64,000 nt of DNA from an uncultured bacterium (GTDB lineage Bacteria; Krumholzibacteriota; Krumholzibacteriia; Krumholzibacteriales; Krumholzibacteriaceae): contig CAWJVO010000009.1 of the NCBI GenBank assembly GCA_963846325.1, positions 47,205 through 111,204 on the forward strand. Reading direction: 5' to 3'. A program made the translations under genes and the position numbers. Below the pieces are notes generated by a model. That model was given only the letters and a program-made list of their open reading frames with translations. It made no database searches and was not told the origin of the DNA. Below, piece after piece: positions 9,379-18,743 of this stretch; position 1 is the stretch's first letter, and every line of letters starts with the position of its first letter.

Positions 9379-9459
9379 CGCGACCCCTGATCTTTCTTTA
9401 AATGGCTCTACGCCTGTTGCAGTATCATGTATTTGCTGCAGTTACCATTTCGGCAATCC

Positions 9460-9487
9460 ATTTTACCGATATTTCTTGAAAAGTCAA
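9460..9487 (-). promoter_or_regulatory. Putative sigma70-type promoter of the hdr-mvh-hyp module
   Basis: The minus strand reads TTGACT-16 nt-TAAAAT in an AT-rich gap, about 75 nt upstream of the hdrC ATG. Confidence 0.4.
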
Positions 9488-9693
9488 CAATAATGTAAAT
9501 CATTTGAACGCGGCATGCAATCGATACCGTGCCGATCGGACCTTAACTGATTACCTGATAGATCGATCCCCGCTCCGATTCCTCTCAGGGCCGGTCTTTT
9601 TTATTGTCCCGAACGGGCCCGGCTGCGATATTATGGGAACGGAGGTTCCGTATATTCCCGTCGACGCCGCTCGCGTCGAGAAAGGGATCCGCG

Positions 9694-10836
9694 ATGAAAT
9701 CCGCCGGACTCATTCTCTGTGCCGTGGCGCTCCTCGCGCCGGGATTCGGCTGCGGCCCCGACAAGGCGGTCAGAAGCTACAATCTCGGCCTCGAGGCCGC
9801 CAAGAGAGAAGACTACCGGGAAGCCGCCAGGCTGTGGAACGAATCGGTGGCCCACCGGCCCGACGATCCCGAGGCACGCTATAACCTCGGAGCGGCGCTC
9901 ATCGCGCTGAAGCGCTACGCCGAGGCCGAGACGCATCTCCGCGAGGCGGCGGCGCTCAGCTCGCTCGACGCCGACGCCCACTACATGCTCGGAAAGAGCC
10001 TCGAAGAACAGGACAAGCTGCCCGAAGCCAAGAACGCGTACGGATTCGCACTCGGCATAAAGCCGACGCACGTCCCCTCTCTCATCGGCCTCGCTTCGAT
10101 CGCGCTCGAGGAAGGCCAGAACAGATCCGCCGAGAATCACGCGACGCAGGCGGTCTCGCTCGATCCGGGCAATCTCGAAGCGAACATGCTGCTGACCGAA
10201 GCGTATTTCCGGAACGGCGATTTCAACGCCGCGTACGGCCAGATACTCTCGGCTCGACGGCTCGGCCCCGTCAACGCCTCGCTCTTCGTTCTCACGGGCA
10301 AGATCGCCTACGCGAGGCGCATGTACGCCGACGCTCTCGATGCGCTGCGATCCGCGCGCGCTCTCGGATCCTCCACGGACGAGCTCTTCTGCTACCTCGG
10401 CCGCGCGAATCTCGCGCTCGGAGATACGGGCGAGGCGGAAAAGGAATTCCGGCTCTCCATCTTCAAGAACAAGGAGAACGCGGACGCGTGGAAAGGGCTC
10501 GCCGAAACCTATATCAGGGAAAAGAGATGGCGCGAGGCGGGCGAGGCGGTCGAACAGGCCGTCCGGATCTCTCCTTCCGATCCCGACGTCCTTCTCAACG
10601 GAGCCGCCGTTCGCATGGGCACGGGGGATCCGGGCGGCGCGGTGAGCGTTCTCGAAACGCTGCGCGCGCGAGCGCAGTATCCTCCGATAGCGGACTACTA
10701 CATCGGCCACGCGTTTCTCAGGATGGGAGACGAAGCTTTAGCGCGCGAGGCGTTCCGGCGATTCGTCGAAACCTGGGAAGGCGACCCGGCTCTTTCCGCG
10801 GAAGCGAAAATCCTCGTCGACCGCCTAGCTCCCTGA
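9694..10836 (+). CDS. TPR-repeat lipoprotein
   Basis: An internal ATG at 9694 gives MKSAGLILCAVALLAPGFGC (signal peptide plus lipobox). This is followed by repeated 34-aa TPR-like units (A..Y..G.A......A...). Confidence 0.75.
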   Translation: MKSAGLILCAVALLAPGFGCGPDKAVRSYNLGLEAAKREDYREAARLWNESVAHRPDDPEARYNLGAALIALKRYAEAETHLREAAALSSLDADAHYMLGKSLEEQDKLPEAKNAYGFALGIKPTHVPSLIGLASIALEEGQNRSAENHATQAVSLDPGNLEANMLLTEAYFRNGDFNAAYGQILSARRLGPVNASLFVLTGKIAYARRMYADALDALRSARALGSSTDELFCYLGRANLALGDTGEAEKEFRLSIFKNKENADAWKGLAETYIREKRWREAGEAVEQAVRISPSDPDVLLNGAAVRMGTGDPGGAVSVLETLRARAQYPPIADYYIGHAFLRMGDEALAREAFRRFVETWEGDPALSAEAKILVDRLAP

Positions 10837-11781
10837 CGATATCCTCTCCTTCGTCTCCGACGCCTCGGGGCTGAACCGCAGCACCAGCACAATTCCCGCG
10901 AGAATCGCGGCGCCGCCCGCGATTTCGATCGCGGACGCCCTCTCGCGAAGGATAGCGAACGCGAGAATGCTCGCGCCGACCGGTTCGCCGAGAGCCGCGA
11001 TCGCGACGACCGTCGCATCGAGACGCTTCAACGCCCAGTTGAAGATCGAGTGCCCGAGAATCTGGCAGACCAGCGCCATGACGAAGCACGCCGCATAGGT
11101 CTCCCATCCGCACCCCGCCAGCGGAGCTCCCGAGGCGATCGCCGCGATCGCGAGAAGAATCGCCGCGCATGTGTACACCGGAAAGACATAGGCGAGGAGC
11201 GGGACCCGCCCGCGAAGCCTGCTCCCGACGAGAAAATATCCCGCGATCGCGACGGCGCCGCCGAGGGCGAGGATGTCTCCTCCCCAGCGCGATCCGCCGG
11301 CGAACGCGTCCCTTCCGGCGATGCCCCCCCCGCCGATGATCGAAAGGGCGAGACCGATCCAGAAAACCCGCGAAATCCTCTTTTTCAGAAGAACGATCGT
11401 GTACAGCGCGACCCAGAGCGGGCTCGTCGTGACGAATACGACGCTGCTCGTCACTCCGGTGAACGAAAGAGAGGAGATCCACAGGAAGAAATGCAGCGCG
11501 AGAAAGACCCCCGCGCACGCGAGAAGGCGGAGATCCGCGAGCGTGAGGCGCGCGAGATCCGCTCTCGTTCCGGAGGAGGCGAGAACGAACGGCAGGAGGA
11601 TGAGGGACGAGAATACCATCCTGAGGGCCGCGACCGTCGGGGCCGGCGCCTGGGCGAGCCTCGCCAGAATGGAACCGAACGAGATCGCCGCGATCCCCGA
11701 TCCCAGCACAAGGCATGCCTTCGCCGCAGGTGTCCGCACGAGGTCGAATTGTATTGAACGGACCGCGACGTTCAAGTACAT
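10825..11781 (-). CDS. EamA/DMT-family transporter
   Basis: This is the C-terminal 318 aa of track ORF 10825..12450. It has about 10 hydrophobic helices and two EamA-like halves. The upstream 223 aa of that ORF are Arg/Asp-rich junk antisense to the next gene. Confidence 0.8.
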   Translation of the reverse strand: MYLNVAVRSIQFDLVRTPAAKACLVLGSGIAAISFGSILARLAQAPAPTVAALRMVFSSLILLPFVLASSGTRADLARLTLADLRLLACAGVFLALHFFLWISSLSFTGVTSSVVFVTTSPLWVALYTIVLLKKRISRVFWIGLALSIIGGGGIAGRDAFAGGSRWGGDILALGGAVAIAGYFLVGSRLRGRVPLLAYVFPVYTCAAILLAIAAIASGAPLAGCGWETYAACFVMALVCQILGHSIFNWALKRLDATVVAIAALGEPVGASILAFAILRERASAIEIAGGAAILAGIVLVLRFSPEASETKERISSGS

Positions 11782-11793
11782 TCTCTCTCCGAT

Positions 11794-12573
11794 ATGAACG
11801 GGGAACGGAAATCGATTCCTCCCGACAGGGTCCTCGGCGACGAATGGCTCGACTGGAAGGGAAACGACGCTCCCTCGCAGATTACGGAGGGAAAGGGGAC
11901 GTTCCTTGTCCTTTCCTTCGCCGTGCTCGCCGGCTTCGTCCTGCTCGGCGTCCTCCTCTGGTATCTCGTCCTCCCTCGATTCGAGCAGTACGGGCGCTTC
12001 TACGCGACGCTCCTGACCGTCGCCATCGCCGGCGGCGCCGTCTTCTTCCTCGTCTGGTACGCGCTTCTCATCGGAGCCGTCGTCTCCCAGCGGATCTACC
12101 TCGCGATCTGCCTCCGCCGGGGAAGCAACCTCTTCGTCATGCTCTTCCCCGCCGTCGCCCGACTCGCCCGGTCGTTCGGCATATCGCGCGACAGGCTCGG
12201 CCATTCGTTCATCGAGGTCAGCAACAGGCTCGCGATCCCGCTGCGCGCGGACGGGAGCGTGCTCGCGCTCGTCCCCCGCTGCCTCTCCAGGGAACTCAAG
12301 AAAGAAGTTCAGCGCGTCTGCGCCGAATTCCCGGGCGTGATCCTGCATACGGCCCCCGGAGGGACGCAGGCGCGTTCGATAATCCGTGACATCAGGCCCC
12401 GCGCCATCGTCGCCGTGGCGTGCGAGCGGGACCTCGTCTCGGGAATTCACGACGTCGCGCCGCGAATCCCGATCATCGGGATACCCAACACGCGCCCGCT
12501 CGGCCCCTGCAAGGACACCGTCATCGACATCGGGAAATTCCGCTCCGCTATCCTCTTTTTCTGCAAGGAATAG
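11794..12573 (+). CDS. DUF116-like membrane protein
   Basis: The 259-aa protein has two N-terminal TM helices and a C-terminal Cys-containing domain (PRCLSRELK...VCAEF...AVACERDLVSG). This resembles the DUF116 family as I remember it. Confidence 0.65.
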   Translation: MNGERKSIPPDRVLGDEWLDWKGNDAPSQITEGKGTFLVLSFAVLAGFVLLGVLLWYLVLPRFEQYGRFYATLLTVAIAGGAVFFLVWYALLIGAVVSQRIYLAICLRRGSNLFVMLFPAVARLARSFGISRDRLGHSFIEVSNRLAIPLRADGSVLALVPRCLSRELKKEVQRVCAEFPGVILHTAPGGTQARSIIRDIRPRAIVAVACERDLVSGIHDVAPRIPIIGIPNTRPLGPCKDTVIDIGKFRSAILFFCKE

Positions 12574-12701
12574 AGCGGCGTGATGGCACGCTTATTGAAT
12601 ATCCTCCATTCGGAACGCTCATCGACACGGCGCACCGGCTCAAGAACGGCCAGATCGGCCAATCGCCGTGCACGGGAGCCCCTCGCCGCAAGGAGCATGG
12701 A

Positions 12702-13331
12702 ATGACCGGAATGAACGAACACAGAGCCGCCGGCGCGGCCGACTCGCTCGCGCGCGGCGTCAGGAACCGAATCAAGTGCCTCATTCTCGCGGGGATGCTC
12801 ACCGTGGCCCTTATTTTCGGAATTTCATTCTATTTCGCGCTGCTCTCGAACCAGTCCGCCGTGGCCCGGCAGTTCCCCGAGCTCGAGGAAGTCGCCGCAA
12901 AGCTCAAGGGCATCCTCATGGTGAATACGGTCGCCATCACCGCGATTATCATCGGGTCCTTTCTCCTCCTCTCGAGCATCGTGACGACGCGTATTTTTCA
13001 CCCCCTCGCGCTCCTGCGCCGGGATCTCCTCGACCTGGCCGGCGGCAAGCTCCCCCGCCGCGGCGAAAGCCGCGAAAGCGGCGCATTCTCCGAGATCGAA
13101 TCAGCCTGGAACGCCGCCCTTGCGCGCATCCACGAAAAGGAAACGAAGGAAATCAAGGAGCTCGCAGATTGCGCCGCGTCGCTCTCTCGCGGCGACTCCC
13201 CGGACAGGATCGCGGAAAAACTGCGTGCGCTCGCGGAGCGAAAGAAAGCGTTCGCCGGCGCCGCGGACCTTCATCCGGAATCGGCCGAAACGGAATCGAA
13301 AAAGGACCCTCTTTTCATCCAGCCGATCTGA
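12702..13331 (+). CDS. Hypothetical two-TM protein with HAMP-like linker
   Basis: The ATG at 12702 lies after AAGGAG. There are two hydrophobic helices (ILAGMLTVALIFGISFYFALL; ITAIIIGSFLLLSSIV), then RIFHPLALLRRDLLDLAGG. Confidence 0.55.
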   Translation: MTGMNEHRAAGAADSLARGVRNRIKCLILAGMLTVALIFGISFYFALLSNQSAVARQFPELEEVAAKLKGILMVNTVAITAIIIGSFLLLSSIVTTRIFHPLALLRRDLLDLAGGKLPRRGESRESGAFSEIESAWNAALARIHEKETKEIKELADCAASLSRGDSPDRIAEKLRALAERKKAFAGAADLHPESAETESKKDPLFIQPI

Positions 13332-13383
13332 GACGGATCAGTTCCGAATATTCTCCATCACCCCCTCGACATCCTCCGGCACA

Positions 13384-13394
13384 TGTGATATAAT
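13384..13394 (+). promoter_or_regulatory. Extended -10 element TGTGATATAAT
   Basis: This matches TGnTATAAT exactly, lies in an AT-rich gap and sits about 85 nt upstream of the 13478 gene. Confidence 0.35.
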
Positions 13395-13477
13395 TAAAAT
13401 CAAAGAAAACAAGTGATTGATTCATTTGTTTATAAATTGTATCAAATGCGCTTCGTAATGGCTTAGGAGGAAAAGAG

Positions 13478-13870
13478 ATGCTTAAGGGCAACCGCGTGGG
13501 GTGTTTGCTTCTCGCATCCGCTCTCGTGCTGATCCTCAGCGTTCCGACTCTCGGCGCTCCGGTGACGATCAAGAAGAACGTCCAAGCGCTCGAAGGCGGT
13601 AATTATCTTATTAAATTGGTAGTTACGGCCTCGAAGGATGGAGTGTACGGCTTCGAGCTCAAGGATCCGAAAGGCTCAATCGTCGATGTGTTCGCGCCGA
13701 AGGGATGGTGCATCCTTTCCGATGGCGAAATCGGACTCGCCAGGGCAGGCACGCCGATGACCGCCGGCAAGAGTCTTGAATTCGTGATATACGCGACGTC
13801 CGGAGACGCGCAGTTCGTATGGACCTTTTTCGGGGCGATGGATCAGATAGGCAAGCCGGAAGTGCTCTGA
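13478..13870 (+). CDS. Small secreted hypothetical protein
   Basis: An AGGAGG RBS precedes the start. The signal peptide is MLKGNRVGCLLLASALVLILSVPTLGA and the rest of the composition is beta-rich. Confidence 0.65.
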   Translation: MLKGNRVGCLLLASALVLILSVPTLGAPVTIKKNVQALEGGNYLIKLVVTASKDGVYGFELKDPKGSIVDVFAPKGWCILSDGEIGLARAGTPMTAGKSLEFVIYATSGDAQFVWTFFGAMDQIGKPEVL

Positions 13871-13900
13871 TATTTCCGCAGCGACCTCGCCGCAACGATT

Positions 13901-13953
13901 TCACCCGGGGTGATTCTCCACACGTGAGGATGAATCGCCCTGGGTGATTTTTT
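13901..13953 (+). terminator. Putative intrinsic terminator between convergent genes
   Basis: TCACCCGGGG (13901-13910) pairs with CCCTGGGTGA (13938-13947; one G-U pair) and is followed by TTTTTT. Confidence 0.45.
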
Positions 13954-13969
13954 ATGAGCCGGGGGCGAT

Positions 13970-15412
13970 CTAGGACATGATGTACTGTCCGATGTCGACG
14001 TCGCGCACGGCCTGGTCGAGAATGCTCGCTATCAGCCGTTTGGGTTTGTTCGTCGCGGGATCGATCTCGTTGAGATCGAAGACGAGCTCGCCGCTCACTT
14101 CCCTTCCCGACTCATCGGTCAGCAGACGCACGCGAGGCAGATCTCCGGTTCCTCCTCCGATACCTATGACGAGCGCCGTTTCCCCCGTGTTCAACCGGAG
14201 CAGGCTCCCGATCGGGATATTGCCCAGCACGCGCATGAACGCCAGGAAGTAGTCCTTTCGAAACTCGGTGCCGTTTCCCTTCTCCATGAGCTTGATGGCC
14301 TGGTACGGATTGATCTGCCGCCGGTACGGCCGCTTGGTCGTCAACGCGTCGTAGGTGTCGGCGATCCGAACGATCTCGCTCGCCTTGTGGACCTCGAATC
14401 CTTCCTTCACGGCGGGATAGCCGGCGAGATCGTGACGCATATGGTGCTCGAAGGCGACGCGTCTCGACACGAGATCGAATCGCTCTTCGCGCAGGATCCG
14501 CTCGCCGTCCACGGGATGGCGCTTCATGACCTGCCATTCGCTCGGGGTGAGTTTGCCCGCCTTGTGGATGATGGGCCGCGGCACATAGAGCTTCCCGATA
14601 TCGTGGAGAAGCGCCGCGTGCGCGACCGTGTCGACGAATTCCTCGCCGAGCCCGAGATTCCTCGCGATCGCGGCCGCAATGACCGCGACGTTCACCGAAT
14701 GCGTGAAGGTGTAGTCGTCGTATTCCCTGAGGGAGTTGAGGAACAGAATCGTCGAGGTGCCGCCCCCCTCGCGCTCGATGACCTCGACGATCTTCGCGCG
14801 GGCTCTGGTTCCGTCTTTCGACTGTATCTTCTCGAGCTTGTCGAGAACTTCCTGGATGGCCGTGCCCATCGCTCCGCGGCTTCGCGACGCGCCGCCGCTT
14901 CGAGTCGCCGCGCCGGCCGCGGGCTCGCGCGGCGCTTCCGCCCGTTTCCCCGCTTCGTCGGGCTGCTCCGCCCGATATCCGTGCCGGATGCATATCCGCT
15001 CGATTCGTCCGCCGAGCGAGGCGAGGTTCCCTGCCAGGTTCGGCCCGCTCCCCGCGAGAAGACCCGCAAGCGCCGCGATCTCGTCCTTCGTGACCCCGTT
15101 CAAAAACTCCATCTCGCCGATCGAATGCTTGACAAGCGCCTCGCGAAAGAGATGCATCGCCTTGTCGTGCGTATCGGTCAAATCGAGCTCGAAATTGAGC
15201 AAATGGATCACGCCGCCCGCGAACACGAGCCTGATCGATTTCTTCCCCTGGAGGGCGGCGTCGAGGTGGATGAACGTGGAGCCGAGGGCGCGCTCGACGG
15301 AGGGGTGGCGCGCCGGGAACAGCCGGGACTGGAGAACGAGCTTCGAAAACGCCTCCACGACTTCCCTGAACTGCTGAAACTCATGCGGTAGCGCCTCGAG
15401 AACGGCCTGCAT
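13970..15412 (-). CDS. HD-GYP domain phosphodiesterase
   Basis: It has HDIGKLYVP (HD) and HHMRHDLAGYP (a variant of HHExxDGxGYP), preceded by a ~270-aa N-terminal domain of unknown function. Confidence 0.85.
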   Translation of the reverse strand: MQAVLEALPHEFQQFREVVEAFSKLVLQSRLFPARHPSVERALGSTFIHLDAALQGKKSIRLVFAGGVIHLLNFELDLTDTHDKAMHLFREALVKHSIGEMEFLNGVTKDEIAALAGLLAGSGPNLAGNLASLGGRIERICIRHGYRAEQPDEAGKRAEAPREPAAGAATRSGGASRSRGAMGTAIQEVLDKLEKIQSKDGTRARAKIVEVIEREGGGTSTILFLNSLREYDDYTFTHSVNVAVIAAAIARNLGLGEEFVDTVAHAALLHDIGKLYVPRPIIHKAGKLTPSEWQVMKRHPVDGERILREERFDLVSRRVAFEHHMRHDLAGYPAVKEGFEVHKASEIVRIADTYDALTTKRPYRRQINPYQAIKLMEKGNGTEFRKDYFLAFMRVLGNIPIGSLLRLNTGETALVIGIGGGTGDLPRVRLLTDESGREVSGELVFDLNEIDPATNKPKRLIASILDQAVRDVDIGQYIMS

Positions 15413-15559
15413 CGCCGGGGATCCCCTTTCACGCCATGCGTCGATAGAATGGAATTATCCAGCTCAATTGAAGCAATTATCGTACCGTGACGGCGGCGAA
15501 AGCCTCTCCGGGCACCCTTCAATTGCATGACCTCATTGATTATCAGCCGCTTTTGTCGC

Positions 15560-15568
15560 ATTATATCA
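15560..15568 (-). promoter_or_regulatory. Extended -10 element TGATATAAT
   Basis: The minus strand reads ATGATATAATGC, about 150 nt upstream of the HD-GYP start. Confidence 0.3.
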
Positions 15569-15606
15569 TGTGCGCGGCGATTCGATTCCGCAAGGGGAGG
15601 GTTCCG

Positions 15607-17628
15607 TTGAAACAGAACCAGGCGATACGATTTTCGACCTGCCTCGTTCTCGCATTCCTGTGCGGATGCTCGTTCCGTCCTGAAGGGAAGCGCGCGGTCG
15701 CGGAGGACGATTTCATCGAACCCGTCGCGATCGAGGGCACGCGCGAGGTATGGCGGGGTATCGCCGAGCTCAAGGAACGAGTCGAGGCGGATTTCACCAA
15801 CGCTGAGCTGCACCGGCAGCTCGCCGTCCTCTATCGGCTCGCCGGCACGCCGCGCTCCCGCCTTCTATCCTCCGAGGAGATCGACCGGGCGATCTCTCTC
15901 GATCCGCAGAATCCCCTCCTCCACGTCGAACGGGGCCTCACGCTCGTCGCTCGGCGATTCGTCGGAGAGGCGGAAGCCTCGTTCAAGCGGGCGACGCAGA
16001 TCGATCCGCGCTGCTTCGACGCATGGTTCCAGCTCGGCCGTCTCGAGCAGTACGAATACTATAAAACCATGTGTTTCGTGGATCGTCTCGTGAAGGCTAT
16101 CGAGAACTTCGAAAAGGCGTTCCGGATCGACAAGAAGAACGAGGAGACGCTCGAGAATCTCGCCTATCTCTACTCGTTCCGCCAGATGTACCAGACGGGG
16201 CTCAAATACGGCTCCCGCGCCGTTCAGTACCATCCCAAGAGCCCGGCGGCGCACCTCGTCTGCGGCATGCTCCATACGAAACGGAAGGATTTCGAGAAGG
16301 CCCAGAAGGCGTTTTCGAGCGCCTTCCTTCTCATGACGGAAGAGGAACGCCATCCTTTCGACGACATCGCCCCCCTCCTCCCCTCCGACGAGCGGGATCT
16401 CTACCTGAGCTCCTCCGACGTCAAGCGCGAGGATTGGGGCCGCAGATTCTGGATGGAGATAGATCCGACCCCCGCGACCGAAATCAACGAACGGGCGCTC
16501 GAGCATTACGCGCGCGTGGCCATCGCCGACAAGGCTCTGTCGGACGAGCGCCGGGACGCGCGCGGATCGTCGACCGACCGCGGCGCCGCGTTGATCCGTT
16601 TCGGCCTTCCCGACAGGAAGCTCTACGACCTCGGCGGCGGCACCTCCGGCGGCTGGATCGTATGGCAATACGCGCAGGGAAAGGGCTCCTTCAACCTCTA
16701 CTTCAACGACGAGTTCCTGAACGGCGACTACCATTTTCCCATCAGCGACTATTACGGAACGGCGTCCCTCAAGCTTCTGAACTCCATCCCGCAGCGCTAC
16801 AGCTTCCCCGTCGAGTACCGGCCGTTTCCGCTCAGCGTCGCGATCGCGGAGCTTCGCGGCGGCGACGAACGCACGCGGATCGAGATGTCGGTCGCCATCC
16901 CCGACACCCTCAGGATGACCCCGGGCGTCCCGTGGGATATCTTCGTCACCTTTTTCGATTCGCAGTGGAACCGCTTCTCGCGCGACCGGATTCCGTTCAG
17001 TCCCGACAGCCTTATCGTCGTCGAAAAGCCCAACGGCAGATTCCGCGTCTGCACCTTCGCCATCGAAATGCTGCCCCGCCCGCTCGAATGCACGTGCGTC
17101 GTCGAAATCGTGAGCGAAAAGGACCGCCGCAAGTCCTCGCGCCGGAACCCGATCGAGATCCGGGAGATGCGGGGCCGCTCGCTCAAGCTGAGCAGCATCA
17201 GATTCACGATTCCGGACGCGGGGGGATCGTGCTCGACGCTCCTCGATCCGATACCCCTCTACCGGGAGAAGAGCGCGCTCTGTTTCGCCTACGAAGTGTA
17301 CAACCTGCAGGTCGACGAAAACGGCATGTCCCGCTATCGCCTGAGCTACGCGATCCGCAAGCCGGAACCGGACGACGAGCAATCCGGCGAAGGCGTCCGG
17401 AAGACTCTCGCGTATATGTGGTCGAGCGTGAAAGGGAACAAGGGCAAAGAAAAGCCGTACATCGAGAGCAGCATCGAGCAGAGCGCTCGCGCGAACACGG
17501 CGGCCGACAATCTCCAGATCGACATCGGCGCACTCGAGAAGGGGATGTACCTGCTCGTGCTCGGCGTCGAAGATCTCACGGCCGGCACGACGGCGGTCGA
17601 AAGCAGGATCTTCACCGTCAGCGAATGA
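15607..17628 (+). CDS. TPR + GWxTD-like domain lipoprotein
   Basis: A TTG start at 15607 lies 5 nt after GGGGAGGG and gives (M)KQNQAIRFSTCLVLAFLCGC (lipobox). TPR-like repeats follow, then STDRGAALIRFGLPD...GGWIVWQY, which resembles the GWxTD family. Confidence 0.7.
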   Translation: MKQNQAIRFSTCLVLAFLCGCSFRPEGKRAVAEDDFIEPVAIEGTREVWRGIAELKERVEADFTNAELHRQLAVLYRLAGTPRSRLLSSEEIDRAISLDPQNPLLHVERGLTLVARRFVGEAEASFKRATQIDPRCFDAWFQLGRLEQYEYYKTMCFVDRLVKAIENFEKAFRIDKKNEETLENLAYLYSFRQMYQTGLKYGSRAVQYHPKSPAAHLVCGMLHTKRKDFEKAQKAFSSAFLLMTEEERHPFDDIAPLLPSDERDLYLSSSDVKREDWGRRFWMEIDPTPATEINERALEHYARVAIADKALSDERRDARGSSTDRGAALIRFGLPDRKLYDLGGGTSGGWIVWQYAQGKGSFNLYFNDEFLNGDYHFPISDYYGTASLKLLNSIPQRYSFPVEYRPFPLSVAIAELRGGDERTRIEMSVAIPDTLRMTPGVPWDIFVTFFDSQWNRFSRDRIPFSPDSLIVVEKPNGRFRVCTFAIEMLPRPLECTCVVEIVSEKDRRKSSRRNPIEIREMRGRSLKLSSIRFTIPDAGGSCSTLLDPIPLYREKSALCFAYEVYNLQVDENGMSRYRLSYAIRKPEPDDEQSGEGVRKTLAYMWSSVKGNKGKEKPYIESSIEQSARANTAADNLQIDIGALEKGMYLLVLGVEDLTAGTTAVESRIFTVSE

Positions 17629-18052
17629 TCGTCCCGGATACGCCCCATGCGGCGACGGACGTGGGAATATCTTTCCCCGGGGGCTTCGAGGGTTCCGCCG
17701 GCTCGTCGTCCGACGCCATGAGCTCGATGACGGCGTAGCCGACGATAGCCGTTATGATGACGAAAACGGCGAGCTGCCTTCCGATTCCGGGTCCCTTCTC
17801 CTCTTCGATCTCCACGTCGAACGTCTCGACGGTATCCGCCGCGAACGAACGCAGGCTGCCGAGCGCTCCCGGTCCGGATCCCGGCGCGGGAGCCGCGAAA
17901 TCCGCCGGCAAGGACCGGCCGGTCGCGCACGCTTCGATCGCATCGAATCCCTTCGGCGTGAAAACGCTCTCCGCCGACGCCTGCTGAGCGGAAACGAGCG
18001 CCCCGCTGACTATCATGACGAGAACGCTCCTCGCGACGCCTTTCGTTTTCAT
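17618..18052 (-). CDS. Hypothetical secreted protein with C-terminal TM helix
   Basis: An ATG at 18052 gives the signal peptide MKTKGVARSVLVMIVSGALVSAQQASA. A later helix is LAVFVIITAIVGYAVIEL. Confidence 0.5.
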   Translation of the reverse strand: MKTKGVARSVLVMIVSGALVSAQQASAESVFTPKGFDAIEACATGRSLPADFAAPAPGSGPGALGSLRSFAADTVETFDVEIEEEKGPGIGRQLAVFVIITAIVGYAVIELMASDDEPAEPSKPPGKDIPTSVAAWGVSGTIIR

Positions 18053-18072
18053 GCTCCCCTCGCCTTTCCGGG

Positions 18073-18603
18073 CTATCTCCCGGTCCCGTTCCAACGCTCG
18101 TACATGATGATCTCTTCGAGCGGTTTTCTCGGTCTGGTCGCCCGATCTCCCTTCGGATATCCGAGCGGCGTCAGAGCCACGATCTTCACTTCCGGGGGCA
18201 CTTCGAGAATCGCCCTGACCTCTTCCTCGATAAACGCGCCGATCCAGCACGTTCCGAGCCCCTCCGCCGACGCCGCGAGCATGAGGTGCGCGAACGCTAT
18301 TCCTATATCGACGGGGAGACTGTTCCAGTATCCGCCCATTTTCTTATACGCGAGATCCTCCCTGCCGCATGCCGCGATCACGACGGGGGCTTCCGCGACG
18401 AAACCCTGCCCCTTGCACGCGGCGACGAGCTTCGCGCGGATTTCGGCGTCCCTGATGACGACGTATGTCCACGGCTGCCCGTTCTTGCCGGAAGGCGCGA
18501 TGCGCGCGGCGTCGAGAACCCGTTTCAGCGTATCGTCCGCGACCGGATCGCTCCGGTAGCTCCGCACGCTCGTCCTCGTCCTCATCGCCTCGTAAACGTC
18601 CAT
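18073..18603 (-). CDS. Nitroreductase-family protein
   Basis: RTSVRSYRSDPV...APSGKNGQPW...GTCWIGAF is the classic NADH-oxidase/nitroreductase fold signature. Confidence 0.85.
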   Translation of the reverse strand: MDVYEAMRTRTSVRSYRSDPVADDTLKRVLDAARIAPSGKNGQPWTYVVIRDAEIRAKLVAACKGQGFVAEAPVVIAACGREDLAYKKMGGYWNSLPVDIGIAFAHLMLAASAEGLGTCWIGAFIEEEVRAILEVPPEVKIVALTPLGYPKGDRATRPRKPLEEIIMYERWNGTGR

Positions 18604-18743
18604 ATCGCGACACTCCTTTCGTGCCTGCGTGTGCGTGCCCCGTCTGTAATATAATACCGGCTCGACGCCATTACCAGCCTATCGAGCCCCGCGCCCCGCC
18701 GGGTATCCTTGCAAAGATAGGGCTGCGCTTCTATACTACACCC

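Noticed and set aside
9418-9440. The inverted repeat TGCAG-N13-CTGCA in the hdrC upstream region, considered as a possible operator
   Set aside because: The arms are only 5 bp, which is expected by chance. There is no second copy and no nearby regulator gene to support it.
10825-12450. The full 541-aa version of the EamA ORF, and likewise the long versions of 53087..54871, 58743..60341, 4487..5881, 2494..3468 and 1207..1833
   Set aside because: The N-terminal extensions are Arg/Gly/Asp-rich and overlap neighbouring real genes. Internal starts with an RBS and/or a signal peptide give proteins of the expected family length.
17618-17660. The C-terminus ...AAWGVSGTIIR of the 17618..18052 protein, considered as a sixth copy of the SWGxIKSLY tag
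   Set aside because: Only the W-G and the terminal R match. The conserved Lys, Ser and aromatic positions are missing, and a TM helix precedes it, unlike the other five.
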